From Chlorokybus atmophyticus (taxonomy: Eukaryota; Plantae; Mesostigma and Chlorokybus algae): DNA of 64,000 nt. Every line of letters starts with the position of its first letter. Position 1 is the stretch's first letter. Below, in pieces: positions 12,150 through 22,248 of the stretch. Below the pieces are notes generated by a model. The model was given only the letters and a program-made list of their open reading frames with translations, was not told where the DNA came from and searched no databases. The stretch lies in the NCBI GenBank assembly GCA_009103225.1, contig RHPI01002069.1:583378-647377 (forward strand). Direction: 5' to 3'. The position numbers and the translations under genes were made by a program.

Positions 12150-15100
12150 TTGTTGTCCTAGTTAGCATACTCGGGTAGTGAGGAGATACCATGTTGTAGA
12201 AATCAAGCGCTAAGCAGGTAGCACAGTCTAATGTTAGGCATAACAAAATGTTTATCCAGAGGATACTATGGTGTACTTGTTGGTATTACAATGCTGATAT
12301 GTTGACTGCTATGTTGACATGCACTGTGTCACACACACTGCATATAACATCAACATACCACTTTAACGAAGCTGAACCAGAAGGCTGAGCATCTTACAAA
12401 AAGGTCTGACATAGAACACACACACATATGTACAAACAGCCAGCAACAAGCACTACCTACCCTGCAATTCATGCCTACTGCGTAAATGATATCATTGCTG
12501 CCAGGGGTTTGCAAATCTGGCAACCTTGCGGGATCTTGCAGCTGTCGCAGCCCCATACGTCCCAGGCTGCAATATCGTATCCTCCGGAGACCATGGCTTG
12601 CTCCCAATCAGGTGACGGCTTGTTGCCATCTTGTAAGTGAGTCGAGCAAAAGGTTGGCGGTGTATCACCCATTACAGATGCCCTCCGCACACATTCAGGA
12701 TGCAACGCTCGCGAGCAGTGTCCCACTTGACATCGAGTTTGTTCTCCAATTGCCAATGAAACGTTCAGGCCAATGTTGCAATCAGGCATGGCACAGCGGA
12801 ATTGGCATTTCTGCTTTGCAGTTGCAGTCAACTGCCGAGCAGGATGCGCTTTCCGTGCAGGGGTGTTATCTGCAGTGCCGTCCTTGAGAGTGTCTTCAAC
12901 ATCACCAATGGCCTGTAGCTGGTGCTGCGAGGGGATGATCACCTCATCATCTTCACAATCGCTTATTACGTCAGCTTTAAACAGCACAGCCAGGTTCCTT
13001 GCCATTTCCTAGTCGCGCAATAGCTGCAACTTTTCTGCTACAGCTTGCAACAAAACTTCTGCTTCTTCAGCTGCCAGGTCCTCGGTAGCAATAGCCACAG
13101 GCTCCGCCAGGCTTACTTCGCCAGCATCTGCTTCGTTCAACTCTGCAGCTCTATCAGCAACCTGCGCGACCTTGAGCGCGTTATACAGGGCCATCCATCT
13201 GTTTGAAGCAGCTGATACACACGCTTCTCCATAACTGTCCACTGCAAACAAGCAAATATATTTATTCAACCTACACTTGACAAATAACCATATATGGCAA
13301 AGGTGCACATGTCACTTACTGTCTCGAAATTCCTGCGAGTGTTTTGCCATCCAGTCCTTGATGATCTTCAAATTATCCGGAGCTGTGTCGATATTAGCAT
13401 TGCCATGGTCTTACCATTTTTGCAGCATGACAACATGCTGAACATTAGTGTGCTCGAGTCGAAGAAACAACTGCCGCAACAACAACTTTGCCTTGACAGA
13501 TCTAGACTAAAATATCAGTGATGCAGGTGCTGGTTCAATAACGGTTGGAATGCGTCTGCTCTCTTAATGTTTGCGCAAAACTTTTGCCTGAGACCGATAC
13601 GCAACTGGTACTGCAGTGCTAGCTTTTAAGACTTGTTGCAACACCGCAATTTGACATATACACATTACACCAAGCATCAGCTAGTACTGCAGTATTAGCT
13701 GATGAGTCGTTTCCTTGCTAATAACCTGTAACTCCAGGTATTGCTTGTAGCTGTACACTCTCTCTAAGATGGCATTGACACAGGCTGAGTTGTTAAGGTG
13801 TATACGCTGTAACCGCGGAAGACTCCTGCCAGGGCAAAGCTTCCAGCACCAGTCCCAAGATCAAGTATCCAGCGCTCTCGACCTTTAAGTTCGAGTAGAT
13901 AGTCTCGTCTCAAAGACATATCCAGGCGCTGTGTTGCACACACAGACTTGGCCCCGTTTTCATTCACAATCATGATTAGCTTGAGTTGATTCCTGAAAAG
14001 CTCATTTAATGCGGGATCCCGCAGCAACTCAGGCGCCTGCGTGCGCACTGTGATATCCCAGCTTCTACAGACCTCTTACATTTCGGCTGTTGTGCTGGAC
14101 TCGGCTTGGTCATTTTTGGCTGCTCCCAAATCGGTTGTTCCACAAGTATTTGATCATGTCTACAGTTGGCTCTGGATCTGCATATTGTGGAATAGGGAAG
14201 GCATGTAGGAATTCTGAAAGGTGGTCACCGTACCAAGGCATAAACATGCGAGAGGCATAAAAGCGCTTTAGATTTGTTAAAGCAAGCGATGCGTTGCCTT
14301 TTTCAAATAGACCAATGACCACCAACTCGCTGAAGAGTGCACCTTTAAAGAACTCCGGAAAAGCGCGATATTCTGCAAATACAACATTTTAGGCAAATGC
14401 CCGGTTGGCCTAGTACTGCAGTCCTAGCTACGTATACCGGAACTTACTGGCTTGTGCGTAACGGTAGCAAGTGTACTCTATAGCAAAGGTTCTGTGCTGC
14501 TTGAGCACTGCGACCACTTGGCCAACGTACTCCGCATTTGCAAAGGCCACCATGGTCCAAAACGGCAACATGCGGTTGAGCGACACTAAAGTTAATAGCT
14601 TTTCAAAGTCTTCACTGCATATACCGTGACCTAATTGAGATGTAGCGTCATCTACAAATGGAATATCGCAATAAACCAAGTAGAAGGGGAGGAGTACGCT
14701 TGGGCGGATGTCTGTCTAAAATTCTTTAACACCGCCTTGGCGCACAACAACGCGTTGCTTTGCGACTTGATGGCGTATATCCAGCTTGTCTTAAAGATGG
14801 CTGTGGCATGACATGTTGTAACTTCAGCTGTACAAGCACACGAACAGGAAGACAACACACCTTGGCATAATAATTTCTCCTTAGATCTTTTGGGACTTGT
14901 CAACTACTTCTTTTCCAAGCAGCTCGACATAGTCATCTTGCAGGACAAATGGCAGGTGAATGTTAACCAGGGTGCGGAAGTCAACACGAGACTTTTCAAG
15001 CTCTTCGATAAAATGTTTATCAACATTGAGAACTTTTTCAAACAAGGCTTCTTGCTGTTGAGCCAAGTTTGGGTAGTTCTGCGACAATCGCTGCTGGCAC

Positions 15101-17205
15101 TTCAAGTATAGGTATGACATCAGGTACTGAGGGCATAGCGTTACAAGTAGCATTGATTATAGCGACTTACTCGGCTTTTCCATAAGGCTCGCGAAGTGTA
15201 TAAGCGGCCAGATATCCCATAAATCTGCCCAATCTCAAAATCCTCTGAACATGAAGCTTGAATGGACCGGCGGGATGTAAATGGATCTTTTTGTGTTCGA
15301 CATCATCCACTATCTTTATGATCATATCTTTTTCTAACCTTCTAAAGTCATCGATTGTGGCAAAGCCAGCGGATTTTTTTGGATCATCAGCATCTCTTAA
15401 CACCGTAAACATTCTGTCAAACTGACTGTCGTCTAAAGGTAAATCGATGGCCAACCTGATAAGGCGCAACACATTGACTTATGTCGGACTTGGTACTTTT
15501 TGAACTGTCGACGACGATACATACTTTAGTGAGCGCTTGTGCATCTGACCCAACCCTGATATGTCTTTAGCAAAAATTTCGGCTATGTCCTCCGTGAACT
15601 TATTCAATAGCAACAGCCATCCTTCAACTACTTGCTTCCATGGACGATGCTCTGGCTTCTCAGTCAGTCTTTTACCCGATGCTGACGGGCTTGGTTTTCC
15701 GCGATTGAGCCACTAACTTCGCATGGTAGCAAGTACAGTCAATGCGGAAGAGGCTTTTTTTTCTTCTTCTTTTGCATTATGCACTCTTGCCAGCATCATG
15801 CAATCAAAGTCTGCTGGCTCTCCACTAATTACCTGTTATCACAACAAAGCATCAAATTAGATAGCATGTTGCTTATCGCTGCGAGCATGCTTGCGCAAGC
15901 TAGTACTGCAGGACTACCTTACCTCTGCATCTTCGTAGCGCCACTCTTCAGCACCTGGCTCTTCTTCTGCGAGGAGCTGCTTGGAAATACAGGAATGATT
16001 GCCACCAAGGACTTCCAAGACAATGTTGGGGTCGTTATAGTGAGCGTTGAAGTAAGCGTTGTCAACAGGTTGCATCCTGCCGCTTTCGTTTCGGTAAGCG
16101 TAAACCACCCATGGTTTGTGCGTAGTTGACCGGGATATTACAGACTTAAAGTGGACCATCTTTGCTTCATAGCGCCATTTTTCTAACAAGCGGACTTTAC
16201 GCTGGGGGCTGGCCAAGGTCATGCGTTGCACTGGCAGTTTGAAAAGCCTCGAGCCATTTAGAGCAACAAAGCGTACAGTTGGATTGTATTGAGCCGTCCG
16301 CACTGCATGGGGCAAGTTGTAAGATATGATTTGTGTTGAATGGATTATAATACGCAAGTTTCACAAAGTTTTCACCCTCAGTAGTCGTATTTGAAGCAGG
16401 TGTCTGGACAGATGCTTGCAGCGCTGTTGCTAATCCCTCTTTGGTCACCTGAGAGCGTCGCCTCTTTAGTGCAGGTAAGGGAGACAATGGCAGTGCGCAT
16501 TGTGCCTTTCTCTTCTCGCCTTCTGAGAAGCAGCATGCTACATGAGCAAACAAAGCATTATGAGCAGTGTAAAAGTATGTACCTTGCCGGTGCTTGTAAA
16601 ACTGTACGAAATCGGTAGGCTTTTTAGTTTCAAACAGCGTTTTGAGTATGCCATCGATAAGGGGTTTGAGAATTGGATGGTCTTTCAACATTTCTCCATT
16701 CTTGTCAGAAGAGGTGTGATAATAATGGCCTTTATCAATATTAGCCATTACTACATGACAGGCTGAATCAAGCAGATTGCCGGTTGGACCCATACTTGCT
16801 GTAGGCACGGTGAGAAGAAGGAGCGTCTTTTCCTTTTTTAACATGTCTATCAAGCGATACGCTTCTTTCTCAAGAGTAACCTGGAACTTTTGGGCTCCTA
16901 TGTAAATTATCGACCAGGGTTTGCCCCATCTCAGGTTGGGCGCAACCTTTTCATATGAGCCAATAAGGTCAAGGACACGTTGAGGTGACTGGTCTCTCTG
17001 CGATTGATAACAATATCCGGCCCTGCACATGGAATGACTATGAGAACAGCTTATGGGTAGCGTGCAGTGCAGTTATTAGCTTACATGTTGTCGATGATGA
17101 TGGTTGCGAAGCGGTTGGTTTTGCTTGCGAAGGTTGTTAGAGTCCGCCAACCTGAGGGCCCTCTGATTCAATTTTGCTCTGGTTGAACTGTGCTTCCTCA
17201 GACAT
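12150..17205 (-). pseudogene. Disrupted multi-exon gene: ParB-like domain + beta-class N4C/N6A DNA methyltransferase + PHD finger(s)
   Basis: ParB-like FKLPVQRMTLASPQRKVR...LEVLGGNH (15995-16006)...LARVHN. Motif IV LVYCDIPF (14656-14667) precedes motif I WILDLGTGAGSFALAGVFRGY (13839-13868), which is the beta-class order. PHD CAMPDC...CQVGHCSRALHPEC...FCSTH (12637-12795). Introns 15833-15922 and 14373-14447 splice in frame. Nine or more in-frame stops and two or more frameshifts. Confidence 0.75.
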
Positions 17206-17402
17206 GGCTACAACTTGGCTATCTGACTCATGTAGTGGAGCAGGGCTGTTTTAAAAGAACTACATTTAGTTTAAGGAACAAGAAATTAGTAGACATATAG
17301 TAAACTGGCAAACATTAACATTCTACTTACCGGTAGTTAAATCTCGTCAAGTTTTTTAATTGAGTGGACTGTACACAATTTGAAGTTATTTGTGGTAAAG
17401 CT

Positions 17403-17561
17403 GAGCTAGTATTGCTGTGCTAGCTACGTTGTTCATGTCACCACTGAGGTAAAGTTACGACAGCTACTACAGCTACTACTGCAATACTAGCTCAGACAAC
17501 ATACATACATACGACAACTATCATGAGCCCGTCTGAGCTAGTACTGCTGTACTAGCTCAAC
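17403..17561. repeat. Cluster of three copies of the palindromic motif (right boundary)
   Basis: 17403-17425, 17471-17494 and 17533-17561 (ctgagctagtactgctgtactagctcaac), upstream of the methyltransferase gene start. Confidence 0.85.
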
Positions 17562-17584
17562 AGTTGCTGCTGTACTATGCACAA

Positions 17585-17690
17585 ACGTTAGCACCTTAGC
17601 GCAGAACCGGGTGGAGGGGTGGTCGTTGTCCCCGTAGGCTGTGGAGATTTACGACCCTTGCCCCGGGACGTGCTGCACAAAGCAAAGTAG
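17585..17690. repeat. Diverged direct copy of 17842-17958 lacking the left hairpin arm
   Basis: Shared cgttagcacct.agcgcagaaccgg..ggaggggtggt...ccgtagg...ttacgacccttgcc...tgctgca. Confidence 0.65.
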
Positions 17691-17898
17691 CTAGTCAATG
17701 CATTCTATCAATCTACTTCCTGTGACCTTTAGTAAGTTTCTGATGAACATCTGTTTGCACACATGCATGCGGAACTACAAGACGGACAGCATGGGTAACG
17801 TGCAGTGCAGTTGTTGACTTACATGTTGTACCGTGTACAAGCGTTAGCACCTGAGCGCAGAACCGGACGGAGGGGTGGTTTCCGTAGGTCGTTAAGGC

Positions 17899-17958
17899 TT
17901 GCAGCACTACATCTCAAGGCAAGGGTTACGACCCTTGCCTTGAGATGTAGTGCTGCAA
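17899..17958. repeat. Perfect 28-bp inverted repeat with 4-nt TACG loop
   Basis: ttgcagcactacatctcaaggcaagggt-tacg-acccttgccttgagatgtagtgctgcaa. Confidence 0.97.
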
Positions 17959-17959
17959 A

Positions 17960-19234
17960 AACCGAAGCGTTTGACCAATGCATCCATCGATATTGCATTA
18001 GGTACTGCATTTCACAGACCTTGGCCGGCATGTATGTGACGCTGATGTCCTGATCCTCAGAATCTCCAGGCTTGCGCAGGTCAACCGTCACGTAGTTCTG
18101 ATACGGCAGCACACGCGCATGTGCATATGTGACATGGCTCTGATGGTTGAAGCACATCGCACACTGTGAACACACCTTTGACTGAGAGAAAGCAATTGTG
18201 GTCCGGAGGTAGCTGGCCACATGCACACCGGTCTCCCACTGGAGCTCTTCCGTCAGGAAGTGTGCATTTCGGATGCACTTGATGATCCGCCCCATGTCGC
18301 AGGCCGACAGGCCTTGGCCGTTGTTGCACTGCATGAATGCCACTGCAAGAGCATGCTCCGAGCCATACCACCTGGATTCCGATGCGTGCGAAGGGACGCC
18401 TCCACTTCCATGTTGGCGTGCCACAGGTTTCTCAGGCACACGCACACAACGAAAGCCCTCGTTCACTTCCTCCTCCTCCTGTTGCTGCTGTGCGTGTGTC
18501 TCCTGGAGGAATCCTTCAGCATCAAGCATGTGCGCATCCTAAATCGAACTCCCCGGTTCAACAACACCCGCATCGTACTGTAATGGACGCTGGCCGACAT
18601 ACGGCTTGATTTGCTTGCACACCCTGCTGCTAACAATGTGCATGTAGATTGAGCTGCGTGTGGCGAAGCGCATGTAGTAATACGGACAAAGGACTCACAT
18701 ATCTCACTACTGACGTCGGCACAGGTGTCGCCAATATAACCTGCATGATATCCAGCAACACGCACCGCCGCCGCCGCCGCCGCCGCCACCGCCATCGCTA
18801 CCCTTGCATGCCAGAGGCGGGAAACTTGGCCGCCATTCACTGGCTCCGTCGTACCATTACTATGGTACGATTGAGCCATTGCACGTCCAGGGTGAGCCTC
18901 TGCATGAATATCATAATTGAACCGTTTCAATGGTACGAGGATGCCTTTGCTAAAAGATACCATTAAAATGGTACCTTTGAACAGTGGCAATGGCAGTTTG
19001 TACCATTGACAAGTGCTGGCAATGCCAATCCCTGCGCATGAAAACACCATTGATTGCTCCGCCAAGCTATGCCCTTACATGGCGGTGGTGCCGAGGGTAT
19101 GTGGCGTTTGGTGGATCATTGGCGGCGCTGCCAGGGGCGTAGTGGGCATTGTGGCCGAGGTCCGGGATGAAGCCCATGTTTGCACAGGGCGGGCAAGGTG
19201 CCGGTGGGGTGTCCTTGGTGTCAAACCCCACCAT
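17960..19234 (-). pseudogene. N-terminal fragment of a Plavaka/CACTA-like transposase, truncated at the hairpin
   Basis: Cys/His-rich first exon (MVGFDTK...CPPC...RHHRH, GTAAGG donor), then WYGSEHALAVAFMQCNNGQGLSACDMGRIIKCIRNAHFLTEELQWETGVHVASYL...VDLRKPGDSEDQDISVTYMP. This resembles Plavaka N-termini from memory only. In-frame TAG near 18540; no catalytic core present. Confidence 0.42.
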
Positions 19235-19664
19235 GACTCCCAAGGGCACAGCCAATGACAACAGTGACTCGGGCAATATCTTACTGGGCTCCCCCTCCGA
19301 GTGGGCAAAGGCAAACCACAATAATGCCTCTAAGAACATCCGACCCACCAGCAGCTGCGACCACGACGACATGATTGAAGGGACCAAACAAGACTGGCAC
19401 AACCAAGGTGGGTTACGATGCACTGTCAATGCCACATGCTATGGTTCTTTTATCTTGCACATGCACAGCCTCAAGTATCTTGCACATGACGTACACTGTC
19501 AATACCACATGCACACCCTCATGCATAGCCTCCAGTGTCATGCACATGAACAGCATGACCAATCTCGCAATTGCACAGCCTATTTCTACTTGCGGGAGCT
19601 CACAAGTCGCAAAAGAGAAGCTGCGGAGTACCACGAACGGGTAATAAAGTAATAAAGTCTTTTG

Positions 19665-19720
19665 TGGTCGAGTGGGCTGTCACATTGGTCATTGGAGCTT
19701 GAGACCCGGGTTGAATTCCT
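19665..19720 (+). other. tRNA-Asp-like / SINE-head relic with Pol III A and B boxes
   Basis: A box tggtcgagtgg (19665-19675), ctgtcac anticodon-loop-like segment, and gacccgggttgaattcc T-arm/B-box-like segment. Partial second copy at ~20116. Confidence 0.35.
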
Positions 19721-20026
19721 GCCTTGCACACGAATTCCGCGATCGTTGTTTTTCGATCAAGTATCATCGTAATTATCACTTCATGGGTGCCATTATCGAT
19801 GGGTTGCGACTTGCCTAATGGCAGTCGTGCCGCGGCGTTCAGTCGGCGCGGCAGGGCGCGACCTGCCTGTCGCGATGCGACCTTAGGGGCCGGCAGCGGT
19901 GCGCTATGCGCTAGTTGACCGGTATGGCCCTAAATTGGCCGGTCCTTGGGAAGTGGGGCCGGTGACCGACCCTAATCAGACCCTTGGGATGATGATGATT
20001 CCCCAGCTGATGGGAGCCAGCTGCCG

Positions 20027-20067
20027 AGGACGTCAGCGTTCTTAAGTGGGGGGGGAATGTAACGGGA
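20027..20067 (+). mobile_element. Remnant polypurine tract + first 10 nt of an LTR related to the chromovirus at 45.8-52.8 kb
   Basis: gaggacgt...taagtggggggggaatgtaacggga versus gaggacgt...taagtgggggggaatgtaacggga at 52241-52280. Confidence 0.65.
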
Positions 20068-20134
20068 AGGTACATCAAATTACCACAAATCGACCATAAA
20101 AGCACCAAGTCTTTTTGGTCGAATGGGCTGTGAC

Positions 20135-22248
20135 ACATGGTGTGGTGTGGGCGCAGTTCATACGTTTTAGGCGGTTATGCACAGCACTGCAGAAAGGGAG
20201 TGCGACGTGCTGTGCGTATGCATGCTGCGCGCTAAAGGGCGCAAACCCTAACGACGCAGCCACAGTAGGGTGTATGACGCCGTTGTGGGTGGAGGTGGTG
20301 ATGTGGGCGGAGGAGGAGGGGGAGTCCGTTGGGTCTGCTGCTGCCTCGGCTAAGACTGGGCCGCTAACCAACGGCCGTTGTGCAGGTGAAGGCATATGCA
20401 TGTGCATGCTTACATGGCTAGCGGGGTGGTAGGGATAGTGCAGCGTGTGAGGTAGTGATTGAACCCGGTGGTCAACCTGACAATGGTGTTGTTGGTATGC
20501 GCTATGGCACTCTGCATGCTGCTGACTGTGCATGCCACCATGCATGTGCATTGCCGTTTCGCATGCAAGAGGCGTTGTTGCATTGTATGTACATTCAAGT
20601 CAGCCTTCTTAACAGCTATGGGCATGTTAATCAACGCATGCGCTCAGAAGGTCGCAGTCTGCGCCAGTTACTGAAGCTCTTACAAGCGCGTATGTTCAAT
20701 CGAAATGAATTGTGGTACGGTCGGTCCGCACGCTTTACATATCATGCTATCTTTCGTGCAGCAACATGAGGGGAGCGTGAAAACGCCCTCATATTGGTGT
20801 TTTTATAAACGCCTCCAATGCTTGGACATGTGCCAACCTGCATGCGGGCTGTTGCTACTGCACATGCTTTTTAATCAGCAAAGGCGCACACGCACAAGCA
20901 CACAACAAACGACACCCCTGCATGTATGACTCTTGCACTGCTGTTGACAAACTGCTCGGCCTCTTGCTCTTGCTCATGTCCTGCTGACTAGCTACTTGTG
21001 CACCTGCTCTTGCTCTGGCACTCTCGGGTACTTGCATGCTACTGACTGCTACTAGCAAGCAATGCGACTCCCAAGTTTTGCCAGCGCACGAACCCTAAAC
21101 TTGGTTGGAAAGGCTCCACTGCCCAGTGGGCTACTGGAAGTAGCACGTTGCCCGTGTTTGGGATGCTGACAACTGTGGCGCTGTTCACACAGGTACGGCA
21201 CTGTTGACTTGGCCGTGCTAGCTTGTGGGTGGTGCTGCTCTGAGGCCAAGCGCACTGCTTCTTTTATTGCTGCTCTTATTTACAACTCTTCTTGCTGTTT
21301 GCACGTCCAATTCTGACTTGGTTGTTTGCCTACCTTGCCTGCCGTTCATCACCTACTGTGTGCTCGTGTATATAAAAGCACGTCGACGGTATTAACTGCA
21401 TGCAATGAATGCATGCTTTGCACATATACACAGCATGCATGACGTGCATCACACACGCATAGGCAACAACAGCACTCAGTTCAGCAATCGCCACCGGGCT
21501 ACTTTATTACCTCCATCTACCTCTGTGTGCATTGACTTTGATGTCCTGCTACTGTATTTGCCTATACATCATAAATAACGTTTTGCCATCAATGATTATG
21601 ACTTTTGTGAACAAGTACCTGCTATACTTTTATACAACAATGCAAATCCTTTATTAAAACTGCATGTGTAGCCACAATAACACCAATAAAGGGTGCCTCA
21701 AGGGAAGGTACGGGCCCTGTTCTCTAGTCACATCTTGCTTGCTTCACTAGTTACTTCTCTACCTGATTCTCTAGTTGTCTGTGGCTTCTCTGTTACATTT
21801 CGCTTGCTTTGTGCTTCATTCTCTATGTGCTACACCTTGTAATTGGCGATCGTTCAAGTAACATGCTACCTGTTGTGTATGACAACAAGCTGTGACTCCA
21901 TGCAAAACCCGCAACCTGTGCAACAACGGTACGTACTCGTAGCATAGCATGGCACACATTACTGCAAATGCTCAAGCAGCTAGCATGCATGATGAGGAGC
22001 ATAGGCCATGTATCAATGTGGTCCATGTCATACGCGTATATGGTATGCATGCAGACACATATGATGGATGGGAAGCTCCATGCGTGTGCACGCGCTCGGC
22101 ATCGATCCCATAACCTGACATTGCAGAACTGTACAGCAGCCAGCTTACTTTTGTAAACGAGCTAGACAGAAGCTAACCAACTCAGCATACCCTGTGGTCA
22201 AGCAACGTGACACTAAAGTATTGACTGCAGATCAGCGTCCTGGCGAGC
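20135..22248. repeat. Right copy of the long direct repeat, with an extra ~410 bp (about 20184-20593)
   Basis: Collinear with 7509-9220; overlaps the true SNU114 stop codon. Confidence 0.92.

Larger units (their letters stand above)
9221..20134. mobile_element. Decayed composite mobile/foreign element between the direct repeats
   Basis: Contains tandem arrays, a palindrome-bounded HNH + methyltransferase cassette, a hairpin, a transposase-like fragment, a tRNA-like head and an LTR remnant. No host housekeeping gene. Exact termini and TSD not identified. Confidence 0.55.

Noticed and set aside
10418-19234. Alternative genetic code (TAA/TAG = Gln) suggested by many in-frame TAR stops in the cassette genes
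   Set aside because: TGA stops and frameshifts are also present, host genes end in TAA/TAG, and the duplicated segment shows a CAA-to-TAA change directly. Ordinary transition decay explains the pattern.
19665-19720. Functional tRNA-Asp gene
   Set aside because: No acceptor or anticodon stem pairing, and an imperfect B box. Kept only as a relic.
7509-22248. The long direct repeats as LTRs of a giant retroelement
   Set aside because: No TG...CA termini, PBS, PPT, TSD or RT, and one end is SNU114 coding sequence.
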